Position numbers and translations under genes: made by a program
Notes under the pieces: generated by a model
Told to the model about the DNA's origin: nothing
What the model saw: only the letters and a program-made list of their open reading frames with translations
Database searches by the model: none
Assembly: GCA_030390025.1 (NCBI GenBank)
Contig: CM059430.1
Span: 73,532,001-73,596,000, forward strand
Direction of reading: 5' to 3'
Origin: Squalus acanthias
Lineage: Eukaryota
Length of the DNA stretch: 64,000 nt
Part shown: one piece after another, positions 51,596 to 64,000 of the stretch
Layout: each line of letters opens with the position of its first letter
Numbering within the stretch: the first letter of the stretch is position 1

Positions 51596-52006
51596 CTGTA
51601 GTAGTGTTCAGAAATAGCGTTAACATTCTGTCTTCAAAAGCCTGCGGATTGCTACCTCAATCAAACTGGGATATTACTGCATAGGATGAGGCAACTGCGA
51701 CCTGCGAGAACCGACCACAACTTCTCTCACCATCCTGAAGCTGCTCATGCATACACTGCTGCACCTCAAACCTGAGCCACGTTACCACATTCACCTGAAC
51801 ATACATGCCGATATATGTTATATATAGACGATTATGATAGTGAAATAACAACATAAACTTCAGCCACAAAAGATTCGTGTAAGTATGAAACACTTTCCAG
51901 CAGCAGAAGTATCGCTAAACAGATTTAAGGTAATTGGCAAAAGAGCCAGAGGTAAGGTGAGGACATTTTTTTTAACACAGTAAGTTATTATGACCTGGAA
52001 TTCATT

Positions 52007-52734
52007 GGCCCATATTTTCTGATCGCAGGTCTCCCGCGGGCGGAGGCCTGCGATCTGGAAAAATCTGAGCCCTTACCTGAGGCCTCCCGGGACGCGCACA
52101 GTTCCGATGCTGGGCCTCAACAAACGCCAAGTGCGCAGGGCCACGTATCCCAGAGGCGCATGCAGTTCGCAGCATCCCTGGGATCACGTGGGCCATGGGG
52201 AACCAATCACAGAAAGGAATCTCCCTTCATACATTTGATAGGAAGACCTGTCAAATATATGAATGGAGATCAATTAAAAAACATAGTAAAACTTGAAATA
52301 CATTTTTAGAAAAATCACATTTTTTAAATGACTTGAAATGACAATAAATTAAGTTTTATAAATAAAGTATTTTACGGGGCTAAAAATAAGCTTACCTTTT
52401 TTAAAAAGTATTTTTAAATGATAGATCAGTGTAAAAAATATTTTAAAAACTTTTATCTACTCTTATCCTGGTAAAAGCAAGCCTTACACCTGCTTTTACC
52501 AGGCGTAAACATTGTAAGGGTTTTCTGCGGGCGGAGGGTCTGCAAAAAGCTGAACTACCCACCCGCAGAAGCCCTTCTCCTTGGCAGGCGGAGGGTCTGT
52601 CAAGAGGATTCTTGACAGAGCGGAAATACCGGTTTTCAGCGTATGCGTTGTGCATGCCTGAAACCGGCATTTCCTTTGTCCTACGGGTGGGTGCACAGCG
52701 GGTAGCCACACATACTGCTCGGAATATCCGGCCC
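52007..52734. mobile_element. MITE family 2, copy nested in a CR1 3' fragment
   Basis: Ends ggcccatattttc / gaatatccggccc; splits the CR1 3' sequence at 51920-52935. Confidence 0.75.
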
Positions 52735-53364
52735 TTTATCTGAAGCAGTGGTGGAAGCAGAATGAATCGTACATTTCAAAAGGAAATTAACTATGCGCTT
52801 GAAAAGTAAAATACTATCAGGGTTGTGGAGAAAGAGAAAGGGAGTTTGAATAATTTAAAAGCTTTCCAAAGAGATGGCACAGGTACGATGGATCGAGTGG
52901 CCCACTTCTGTGTTGAAAGGTTCTATCATTCTATGATAAGCCTGTTAACAAGGAGAACATGCAGCGTCTAACATAAGTGTATTGCTCGATTGCAATACCA
53001 GTGTGAGACACCAAATAAGGTTAAGGGGATATTTAATCGCGGCTTTCAAGATCATAAAGGATTGTGTTAAAGTAAATAAGGAGATTTTCTTTCCACTGAG
53101 AGAATAATTGGTAACAGGAGGACACAGATATAAATTAATTCTCAAAAGAGCCATAGTTGAAATGATTAAAAAAACTTTTATGCAGCAAGTTATTATGATC
53201 TGGAATGCACTGCCTGAAAGAGTAGTGGGAAGAGATTCAATAGTAACTTTAAAAACGAATTTTAGTAAATACTTACTTTGGGAATATTTCAGGACTATGG
53301 GGAAACAGCAGAGTGAGACCAGTTACATCGCTCTTTCAAAGAGCCGACCAGGTAGGATGGACAA

Positions 53365-56300
53365 AATAAGAACATAGGAAATAGGAGCAGGAGTAGGCCA
53401 TTCGGCCCCTCGAGCATCCTCCGCCATTCAATAAGATCATGGCTGATCTGATCTTGGCCTCAACTGTAATTTCCTGCCTGCTCCCATAACCCTTTACTCC
53501 CCCGTTTTTCAAAAATCTGTCTATCTCCGTCTTGAATATATTCAAAGACTCAGCCTCCACAGCTTTCTGGGGTAGAGAATTCCAAAGATTCACGACCCTC
53601 TGAGAGTAGACATTCCTCTTCATCTCCGTTTTAAATGGGCTAACCTTTTTCTGAAACTATGCCCCCTCTTTCTAGAATCCTCCACGAGGGGAAACTTTCT
53701 CACAGCATGTAACCTGCCAAGCCCCCTCAGAATCTTATATGTTTCAATAAGATGATCTCATACATCTTAATTCGAATGAGTATAGGCCCAACCTGCTCAA
53801 CCTTTTCTCATACGACAACCCCATCAACTCAGGAATCGACCAAGTGAACCTTCTCTGAACTGTTTCCAATGCAAGTATATCCTTCCTTAAATAAGGAGAC
53901 CAAAACTGTATGTAGTACTCCAGGTGTGGTCTCACCAACGCCTTGTACAATTGTAGCAAGACTGTCCTACTTTTATACTCCATCGGCCTTGCAATAAAGG
54001 CCAACATTCCAATTGCCTTCCCAATTATTTGCTGTACCGGCATGCTAACTTTTTGTTTTTCATGTACGAGGACACCCAGATCCCTCTGTACCGCAGCATT
54101 CTGTAGTCTCTCACCGTTAAAATAATATTTTGATTTTTATTCTTCCTACCAAAGTGGATAACCTCACCTTTTCCCACATTACACTCCATCTGCCAGATTT
54201 TTGCCCACTCACTTAACCTATCTATATCCCTTTGCAGACTCTTTGTGTCCTCCTCACAACTTGCTTTCCCACCTATCTTTGAATAATCAGCAAAATTGGC
54301 AACAGTACGCTCGGTCCATTCATCCATGTCATTAATATAGATTGTAAATAATTAAGACACCAGCACTGATCCCTAGTTAAAGTTTGCCGACCTGAAAATG
54401 ACCCATTTATCCCGACACTCTGCTTTCTGTTAGTTGGCCATTGATCTATCCATTTTAATATATTACCCTCATTACCGTGAGCCCTTATCTTGTGCAGTAA
54501 CCTTTTGTGTGACACCTTATCGAATGCCTTCTGGAAATCGAAATAAACTGCATCTACTGGTTCCCCTTTATCCCCCACGGCTGGTTACATCCTCAACGAA
54601 CTCTAGTAGGTTTGGCAAAAAAGATTTTCATTTCATAAAACCATTTGACTCTGCTTGATTGTATTATGATTTTCTAAATGTACTGCTACTACTTCCATAA
54701 TAATGGATTCCAGCATTTTCCCAAAGACAGATGTTAGGCTTACTGTCCTATAGTTTGCTGTGTTCTGTCTCCCTCATTTCTTGAATAGAGGCGTTACAGT
54801 TGCGGTTTTTCAATCCGTTGGGACCTTTCCAGAATCCAGGGAATTTTGGTAGATTACAGCCGATGCATCCACTATCTCTGCAGCCACTTTGTTTAAGACC
54901 CTTGGATGCAGGCCTTCTGGTCCAGGGGTCTTGTCAGACTTTAGTCCGATTAGTTTGACTCGTACTTTTTCACTAGTGTTAGTGATTGTTTTAAGTTCCT
55001 CCTTCCCTTTTGCCCCTTGATTATCTACTATTATTGGGATGCTTTTAATGTCTTATACGGTGAAGAAAGATACAAAATATTTGTTCAATGTCTCTGCCAT
55101 TTCCCTGTTTTCATTATTAATTCCCCAGTCTCATGCTCTAAGGGACCAACGTTTACTTTAGCTACTCTCTTACATTTATATACATGCAGAAGCTCTAACT
55201 GTCTATTTTTTATTATTCTTGCCAGTTTACTCTCATAATCTATCTTCCTCATCTTTATTTCTTTTTAGTCATCCTTCGCTGGTTTCTAAAAATTTCCCAA
55301 TCCTCTGGCTTACCACTAATTTTTGCAACATTGTATGCCTTTTCTTTTAATTTGATACCATTCTTAACTTCCTTGGTTAGCCACGGCTGGTTCTTCCTTC
55401 TCGTAGAGTCTTTCCTTCTCACTGGAATATACCTTTGCTGAGAGTTATGAAATATGCCCTCAAATGTCTGCCACTGCTTATCTACTGTCTTACACTTTAA
55501 CATATTTCCCAGTCCTTTTTATCCAACCCTGTCTTCATACCTTTATTAATTGCCTTTATTTAAGTTTAAGACACTATTATTAGAGCCATGTTTCTCACCC
55601 TCAAACTGAATGGGAAATTCTATCATGCTATGATAACTCTTACCTAGAGGACCCTTTACTATGTGATCATTAATTAATCCTGCCTCATTACACATTCGCA
55701 GATCTAAAATAACCTGCTACCTGATTGTTTCCCGTCCACAACGTATTGTTCTAAGAAACCATCCTGAATACAGTCTATGAACTCGTACTCAATTGTACAT
55801 TTGCCAATTTGATAGTCTAAATGCAGAATAAAATCGCACATGATTATTACAGTACCTTTCTTACAAGTCCCCATTATTTCTTGATTTATACTCTGCCCTA
55901 TTGTGTAACTACTGTTTGGGGGCCTATAGAGTACTCCCACCAGTGGCTTCTTTCCCTTACTATTTCTTATTTCCACCCAAACAGATTCTCTATCTTGATC
56001 TTCCGAACCAATATAATTACTCACTACTGTACTGATGTCATCTTTTATTAACAGAGCCACCCCACTTCCTTTTCCTTGCTGCCTATTCTTCCGAAATGTT
56101 AAATACCGCTGAATATTCAGTTCCCAGCTTTGGTCTCCTTGCAAACACGTTTCTGTAATGGCTTTCAGATCATACCCATTTATATATATTTGTGCCGTCA
56201 ATTCATCTATTTTCTTACGAATGCTGCGTGCATTCAGATAAACAACCTTTAATGTTTTAAGATTATCCCCCTACTCTTAACAAATTTGCCAGTGCCGTCT

Positions 56301-56465
56301 TATTATTGTACTTTCTGTCCATTCCTGTCAGACTCTGGTTATCATTACCCCCATTCACTATCCTGCATTATTGTCTTGTCTTTCTCTTTAACTTTCGCAA
56401 TTCCCCCACCTGAATCCTACCCCTACTATTTAATTTAAAGCCCTGTCTACAGCCCTAGTTATTCG
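53365..56465 (-). mobile_element. CR1 LINE ORF2 in the intron between the two ITIM exons
   Basis: Endonuclease at 55704-56201, RT fragments, 3' end aagaacataggaa; an adjacent plus-strand 3' scrap at about 53010-53365. Confidence 0.9.
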
Positions 56466-57951
56466 ACGATTGGTCTCCTTCTGTTCTGTTAGTTTAAATG
56501 ATTCTATGTAATAATGTGATAAGTCTGTTAAAGACCACATGATGATTCTAACTGAAGTATATGTCGCGTATGCCATACCAGTGTGCAATAGCGGAGCTTG
56601 TCAGCTGTGGAATTGTTTATACATTTGGATTGATTTAATTCATTGCGCCTAGCGATTGCTTTATGAACAATATCCGGGTTACCGGCAGGGAAGATATATC
56701 ATTTAGCTCAAAATTGCGATCAAGCTGTGCTTCACACGGAGAGCTGGGAGTGTGAAAATATCAGACTTTTTCTCTCATTGGTGCCGAAGTCAACTTTCTC
56801 AAATCGGCATTAATAAGGCAATAATAGCCTCAAAATGGGGTTGGTAGTCTGACAGCCCTTATAAACAGAGTGGCTGGACAGAGCTTCTGTCTACTCAGGT
56901 GCTAGGTCCTTTTAAGATGCAAATCGTAGTCCTATAACGTACCCTTATTGTAATTTTAGGACCTAACAGTGTGGAACTTGTGCCCTGCACTCGCCAAACA
57001 CTTTTACTGGCTAAACTGCAAACGTTTCTCCAAAAAGGCCGGTAATTCTCCTGGGTCTATAAAAAGAATCTATGCCGCTGCTCCTCAAGCTTTCCGACTT
57101 CAGAATCGCAACCTCCACTCCTGGAATTACATTACTGCGCTGGGTATTTTCCGCCTACTCCTCTGATAATACACCATCCTGAATCCAGTCTAAATGCATC
57201 GAAATGTCCCTCTAGGGCGAGCAACGCGCCGCTTCTATTAAAATGAAGCGAAAGCATCAAAATGGCTCGGGGTTTAGTCCTGCCAGATTGCGCCGTCCGC
57301 TGACACAAAGGTTAAACTTTACCCCAAAGAGTGCACACACGAATATGCAGTAAATTGGTGTTGGATACAGTTGGAGAAGGCAATGTGTAATTTTTGTCTA
57401 AGTGCACGCCTGTCAGTTCAGTGTTTAAGACTCGCAAAATTATGTTAAACACACATCGGGACAAACGTAATTTAGTATTTTATCTTAACCATAGGTAAAA
57501 TGTAAATCTCACTGTGAATATACTATCCTATTCCCTTCATTATTTTACAAAAATAAAACCGGTTGGCGGTTTCCAATTGGCTTAATCTCCCTAATTGCTG
57601 ATCAGTCCATATTTTGGCATATGAGAGAGATGGTGTTTGGACACACGAACGATAACAGAATCGATGGGGGTGAACGTTGTAAAACTGTTGAAGTGTTACG
57701 ATGATATTGCGTTGTGGTGCAAGACGAATTTCAAGCTATAATTCTAAATCAACGGGGAGTAAATTGGTCTGGGGTGTACTCTTACTGTACAAGAATAGCA
57801 AGCTGTTACAACTAAGACAATCATTATTTACGTTGCAGATTGGGCGGCTACAAGCAATGTACGAAAAAAAAATACTTCAAACACACATTGGTTTACAAAT
57901 ATATGAAATTGTGTTACATATATATGGTATATATGCATGAAATAGTGTTAC

Positions 57952-58086
57952 CTTTAGATATGGAATTATCAATACCTCCGCGTGCTCTTCGTTCGTTTTC
58001 ATCTGCTTGGGGTTTGAACGCTTCTTCGGGTCAGTAAACTTCACAGTTCCATAGGTGAGTTGTTCATCTGTGACGCCTTCCTGAAC
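57952..58086 (-). CDS. Cytoplasmic exon 1 of copy B with ITIM LTYGTV
   Basis: gttgcAG acceptor, AAG|GTAACA donor, 135 nt, phase 0-0, open: VQEGVTDEQLTYGTVKFTDPKKRSNPKQMKTNEEHAEVLIIPYLK. Confidence 0.75.
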
Positions 58087-58171
58087 CTGCAACTCTACTT
58101 GCACAATGTTCATTATATTAAAGGACAGATTGAGATCGGTTGTAGAATTTAAATTGAATCGTGATTCTTAC

Positions 58172-58184
58172 CGGGGTTCCATTT
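58172..58184 (-). CDS. Candidate 13-nt micro-exon (phase 2-0, xNGTP)
   Basis: gaattttAG|AAATGGAACCCCG|GTAAGA, 85 nt upstream of the first ITIM exon; phase links the 38-nt exon to it. Confidence 0.4.
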
Positions 58185-58864
58185 CTAAAATTCAATAGTG
58201 TTTTATTTAATTGCTGTTCATAAATCGTGTTTATATACATTTGTACTTTGATACCCTCACATCGATGTAAGTTACACTTATTCTCAATGTAGAAATGCTG
58301 ATGACCCCCAACTAGAATGTTATATTTGTATTGGTAGCATAATGTAATTCAAAAATGCACATCTCTCTGTAGTGCCCGTATGTCTTTGACTATTCATTAA
58401 AAGGTCACGTTAACTCGCTCCCTGTTAGGTGCATTATTCGTCTAATTATGGAACAAACAGAAAAAGTTTTATTCTTTTGGACTGCTGCATGTAGATTATT
58501 TTCTCTGTCGCGAATTTCATTTTCAACAGTATAAGAGGAGGATTATACATCCGCACATGAAAACCCTCATCGGCCTGCCTGATTCTGTAACCTTCTCCAA
58601 CGTTGCAGCCTCTGAGTACTCTGTCTTTCTCCAACTATGACTTATTTTGCATCCCGTATTCATTAACCACATGGCTGACATCTGTGCCTTTAGCCCAATA
58701 ACCCGTAGCTCTGGAATTCAGTCATTCATCAATCGGCTTCTGCACCACCCTTTGCTCCTTTAAAACTATCCTTGAACCCGTCTCTTTGATCAAGGTTTTG
58801 GGAAGCTCTCTCATTATCTCCAACTTTTGCACCATGTCAATTCTTGACAGGCTAAGCTACTTTG

Positions 58865-60700
58865 AATCATAGAAACAAAGATTCATGCAGCACAGGATGA
58901 GGCCAGTTTGTCCATCGTGCCGGCTCTTTGGTAGAGCTATTTATTTAGTTCTACTCCCATCCTCTTTCCCATTACCCCTGTTATATTTTCCCTTTTATTG
59001 TTTGTCCAATTCCCTTTTGAAAGTTTCTGTTGAATTGGATTCCACCACCCTTTCAGTCAGTAGATTCCAGATCACAACAACTCGCTTGTTTCCTCATGGC
59101 GCCTCTGTTTCATTTGCTTATCACCATAAATCTATGCACTCTGATTACCGACCCTTCTGCCACTGGAATAGTTTCTGCTTATTTAGGGCATCAAAACCAT
59201 TCCTGACATTGAGCAGCTCTATCTTAATCTTCTCTGCTTCAAGGAGAACAACCACGCTTGTGCAGCCTCTCTAAGGCCTTGATATCCTTGCTAAAGTGTG
59301 CTGCCCAGAATTGAAAACATTACTCAGGCTGAGGCCTAACCAGTGTTTCATATAGGTTTAGCCCAACTTCCTTGCTTTTGTACTCTATGTCTTCTCAAAT
59401 TATGTTGGCACCTTCAACTATTTATCTTCAAGCACGCTAGGTCTCCACGCTCCTGTAACCATTTAAAATATATGATTTATTGTACACTACCTCTCCGCAT
59501 TCTTTGTACCAAAATATATCACTTCACACTTCTCTGCATGACATTTCATCTGCCATGTGTCTGCCCATTTCACTAGTCTGCTTATCTCCTCACGAATTCG
59601 GTTGCTATTATCGTCTTTGTTTGTTGCATTTCGGAGCTTCCTCTCATCTGCAGACTTTGAAATTATGCTCTGTTTTCGATTTCCAGGTCATTAATTTATA
59701 TCAAAAAAAGCAGTTGTCCTAATACCGACCCCTGGGGAACACCATTTTATTCTTCCCTCTGCAACTCTACCCTCTGCATTATGTCCCTTGGCCAGTTTCG
59801 TATCCACATTGCCATTGTCCCTTAAATTACATGGGCGTTAAATTTTTTAACAAGTCTAGTATGTGTTACTTTGTCAAATGCCTTTTGAAAATTCATATAC
59901 ACAACATCAACCACACAACACTCATCAATGCGTTCTATCACTTCATCAAAGAAGTCTATATATATCATCAGAAACGGTTTCCCTTTAACAAATCCGTGAT
60001 GATTTTTATTAGTCAATACATTTTTCAATGCCAATTCAGTTCGTCCGGGATTACAGTCTCTAAAAGTTTCCCCACCATAGATGTTAGGCTAACTGGCCTG
60101 TAATAACAGGGTTTATACCTCCCCCCTTTTTTAGACAGCGGTGTAACGTTTGCAATCCTCCTGTACTCTGGCACCACCCCACCTCTAAGGAGAATTTGGA
60201 GATTGTGGCCAAAGCCTTGACAATTTCCACCCTGACTAGACTGTCTCCCATCCGGACCCCGTGAATTTTCACCTGTGAGGACTGGCCACTTTTTAAGTAT
60301 CTTCTGTTTATGTATTTTAATCCTCCCCAATATCTCTGCTACATTCTCCGTTCGTGCTACATTGCAGCCTTCTCTTCTCCAGTGAAGAAACGTTAAATTT
60401 CGAATTTTATACCTCAGTCATGCCCTCTGATGGCACAGCAATTTTTCCTTTTTGGCCCCTCATCGGTCTCACCCTTCTGCTGACTTACCTATTACTACTG
60501 ATATATTTATAAACTGCATTTGTGTTCACTTTTAATTTAGCCGCTAATCTATTCACATAGTCTGTTTTTTAGTTCTCCTCTACCCTCATCAACCCTTTCC
60601 GTTTCTTCAACAAAGAACTCAGTCAAGTTAATTGGATACGATTTGCCTCTAAGAAATCAGTGCTGACTTTAATTTATTAGCCCACACTTTTCAAAAAGCT
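58865..60700 (-). mobile_element. Old CR1 RT/3' fragment (paralogue of 8040-10330)
   Basis: HGFVKGK..., VVYMNFQKAFDKV, YRPVSLTS. Confidence 0.8.
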
Positions 60701-61165
60701 AATGAAGCTTCTTGATATTTATTTTCTTCATCAAATTAATTACATTAATTCAAATTGTTGCTGCACGCGTGGGCTGCATCTTGAAATGATTCAGAGGAAA
60801 ATGTTGGCTTTGTGAAGCCAAACGATGGAGGAATGATTTAACATGAAGCCAGCACATAGATTACCTAGAGACACAGTGGAGGCCATAATTGTCAGCAATT
60901 CCGAATAGAAGTCGTATATTTTGCCTAGTAAGTTGTCTTGACGCATTACCCTGATTTCTGCCATTGTTCTACTGATTTCTAGCGTCAATTTTGGAAGGAA
61001 TCTGCTGGTATCCCACAGAAATAGACTAGTTAGTTAAAACCCCCCATTAACGCGTTTTTCTGGGCAATTTGCCAATCTTGCACTGAACGTACAGGGCATG
61101 GGTAATATATCGAAGTATTTCAGGGTCTACAGGGACATGGTCAACCGAGGAACAACAAGAACTGC

Positions 61166-61203
61166 TGACCACAGTGCTGCAGCTGCTCGAGATTCCTAAA
61201 GAC
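61166..61203 (-). pseudogene. Candidate 38-nt cytoplasmic exon, copy B
   Basis: Same acceptor as copy A; reads VFRNLEQLQHCG; the donor position reads GC rather than GT. Confidence 0.35.
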
Positions 61204-61887
61204 CTATTAAGGAACAAGAATATTCTTTTGCCCCACAACAAGGTCAGGGCACTTGAGTTAGCTCAGGTGCTGAAATATGCCAGACTCCTTCGGTGCGAGA
61301 TCTATTGAACATCTAAGGAAATGGCGTAAAGTGCGAGAAGCAGCTGTTAACTCAGATTCTCAAGGTTTTGGGCAAAAGGAAGCTGAATCAAGCAGAAATT
61401 CTCCCCCCAAGTAGCTGTCAGTTTGTAATCGAGAGTTGTCCGTCTTTTAAGGGCGATTAGTAAATTGGGAGGATAAATTCGTTTGAGTTCGCATGAGTTC
61501 TCCCGACCCTCCATATAATAATTGCAGCACCTCCCAAGGAAAATGGCATAAACAGCAATTTTGAACCAGTTCTCTGTTTGTTGATTCAGATGTCCCCTGA
61601 AGTTAAGTCGAGGGACTGGCATGATTTCCATGCAATTTCATAGCCCATCTGTCCAAAGTGAGATCCAGTTACAGTGAAACATTCCGCTGAATTTATCTCC
61701 TTCTCCAAAAGCCACATTAGCCGAATGCATAAATTGTCTAATTTACAGAAGAATCAGGAACTTTTCTTTAACCTGAACGAATCTGTTTATCTTCACAGGT
61801 GCAATTTTTTTCTTCTTTTTATTGTTGATTTAATATTTTGCAGATGCAAAGACTCATGATTACATTAAAGAAGATTTGAATTCTTAC

Positions 61888-61939
61888 CTCTAAATCTATG
61901 CAATTTAAATGTACAAGAGTGGAAAGCCACTGTCGATAT
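61888..61939 (-). pseudogene. TM exon remnant of copy B (62-nt internal deletion)
   Basis: Splice sites retained (tattttgcAG, AG|GTAAGA); 52 nt versus 114 nt in copy A; reads DIDSGFPLLYI* with the hydrophobic helix absent. Confidence 0.85.
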
Positions 61940-62152
61940 CTGCAAAATAAACAGAACTCTCAATTAAAACCTAACCGATGAGTAACAATTATTGTATTAA
62001 TGATACATGACTCGGATAATGAAAACTCTTACTCTGATTTCAAAGTAAATGTAAGATTTATACCGCAATAAAATATATTAAACCTAACTGTCTGCGGGGT
62101 TCTCCCTTGATCTCGCCATAAGATTAGCAGGAGGCCAGTGGAACCCCGACAG

Positions 62153-63582
62153 AAATCATAGAATCTTAGAAATTTACAGCACAGAAGGAGGTAATTCGAC
62201 CCATCTTGTCCGTACCGGCCGACAAGAGCTATCCAGCCTAATCCCACTTTCCAGCACTTGGTCCTTAGCATTGTAGGTTACAGCACTTCAAGTGCATATC
62301 AAATAATTTTAAAATGTGATGAGGGTTTCTGACTCTACCACCCTTTCAGGCAGTGAGTTCCAGATCTCCTCCACTCTCAGGGTGAAGACATTTCTCCTGG
62401 AATCCCATCTAAACCTCCTACCAATTAATTTAAATCTATGTTCCCTGGTTAACGTTCCCTCTGCTAAGGGAAATAGGTCCTTCCTATAGAGTCTATCCTG
62501 GCCCCCCATAATTTTATACACTTCAATTAGGACTCCCCTCAGCCTCCTCTGTTCCAAAGAATACAACCCCAGCCTATCCAATCTTTCCTCTAACTAACAT
62601 TCCCCAGCCCAGTCAACATCTTGGTAAATCTCCTCTGCACCCTTTCTGGTGCAATCACATTCTTCCTGTAATGCGGTGACCAGAACTGCACGCAGTATTC
62701 TAGCTGCGGCCTAACTAGGGACTGATACAGTTCAAGCATAAACCCCCTGCTCTTATATCCAATGCCTCGCCTAATAAAGACAAGTATTCCGTATGCCTTC
62801 TTAACGACGTTATCGAGCTGTCCTGCTACCTTCAGGGACCGGTGGACATGCATTCCAATGTCCCTCTGATCCTCTGCACTTCTCAGTCTCCTATCATTTA
62901 TTGGGTAGTGCCTTGCCTTGTTTGTCCTCCCCAAATGCATTACCTCACACTTCTCCGGATTGAATTCCATTTGCCAATGTTCTGCCCACTTGAGCAGTCC
63001 ATTGATATCTTCCTGCAGTCTACAGCTTTCTTCTTCATTATCAACCACACGACCAATTTTTTTTATCATTTGCAAACATCTTAATCATGCTTCCTACATT
63101 CAAGTCCAAATCATTGATATATACCGCAAAAATGAAAGGACCTCTACTGAGCCCTGTAGAACAACACTGCGAATAATCTTCCAGTCACAAAACATCTTTC
63201 GATTAGTATCCTTTGTTTCCTGCCTCTGAGCCAATTTTGGATCCAACTTGTTACATTGCCTTGGATCCCATGGGCTTTTACTTTCGTGACCAGTCTGCAA
63301 TGCGGGACCTTATCAAAAGCCTTGCTAAAATTCGTATAGACTACATCAAACGTACAACCCTCATCGACCCTCCTTGTTACCTCCTCAAATAATTCAATCA
63401 AGTTAACCAGACCCGACCTTCCCTTAACAAATCCATGCTGACTGTCCCTGATTTATCCGTCCCTCAGAAATGTTTCCAATAATTTTTCCACCACCGAGTT
63501 TAGACTGACTGGACTTTAATTACTCCGTCTATTCCTTTGTCCCTTTTTAAAGAACGGTACCACGTTAGCAGTCCTCCAGTCC
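62153..63582 (-). mobile_element. CR1 RT and 3' fragment specific to copy B
   Basis: WQMEFNPEKCEVMHLG...LEYCVQFWSPHY; absent at the paralogous site near 12770-12830. Confidence 0.9.
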
Positions 63583-64000
63583 GGCAGAAACGGCAGCATC
63601 CCAAGTAAAAATAGTTTAAATGTCCATTTTTAATTCTCTACATTATTTCTCTAAAGTTTCGTTGATCTCAAGTCCGAACTGGTGGTACTAATCAGTGGAG
63701 ACCAATGAAATTGCAGTTCCATGATCTCTCGATAAACTGTGTCAATTGTCTTTGTATGAATGTTTCTCTCGCTCTCTCTGCTATTCTACTTCTGTATCCT
63801 TCTATATGCCCTTTTGTTGTCTGTCCTTAAGAAACTTTTGCTCTCTCTCGACACTCTTCTGCATCCTTCTCTGCATATATGCTCTATCACTTGCTGTTGA
63901 ATGTGATGGGTGGCACAGTGTGTTTTGAACGAGAAAATTATTAACTAGTGTGTGAAGGGTTCACGTTGGATGACTTTACAGGGACACTCTGGTCCTTACT

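Larger units (their letters stand above)
51404..61939 (-). pseudogene. Copy B: 3' half of the paralogous IgSF receptor (TM remnant plus ITIM exons); pseudogene or secreted variant
   Basis: TM-remnant exon is homologous to the copy A TM exon; two open ITIM-bearing exons follow; flanking introns are collinear with copy A. V and C1 exons are predicted beyond position 64000. Confidence 0.75.
44940..64000. repeat. Segmental duplication, unit B
   Basis: Same orientation and order as unit A, with copy-specific LINE and MITE insertions. Confidence 0.9.

Overview
Repeat-dense vertebrate genomic DNA with one 291-N assembly gap. The CR1/L2-clade LINEs with octamer tails and the PIF/Harbinger-like MITEs fit a cartilaginous fish best, but this is an inference. 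Most computed ORFs are decayed LINE fragments. Among the repeats lie two tandem, minus-strand paralogues of a non-rearranging Ig-superfamily receptor with the architecture leader - V domain with germline J-like G strand - C1 - TM - cytoplasmic ITIM exons (SIRP / VJ-C1 / PRARP-like). Copy A (about 21.3 kb to 10.8 kb) is a pseudogene with lesions in leader, V and C1. It keeps an intact Arg-containing TM exon, and about 8.6 kb holding both ITIM exons is missing from it. Copy B (61.9 kb to 51.4 kb; ectodomain beyond the window end) keeps open ITIM exons, but a 62-nt deletion removes its TM helix and creates a stop. The reciprocal losses look like birth-and-death evolution in a paired-immunoreceptor cluster. 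All exon calls are manual readings of splice sites and frames, not database-confirmed.
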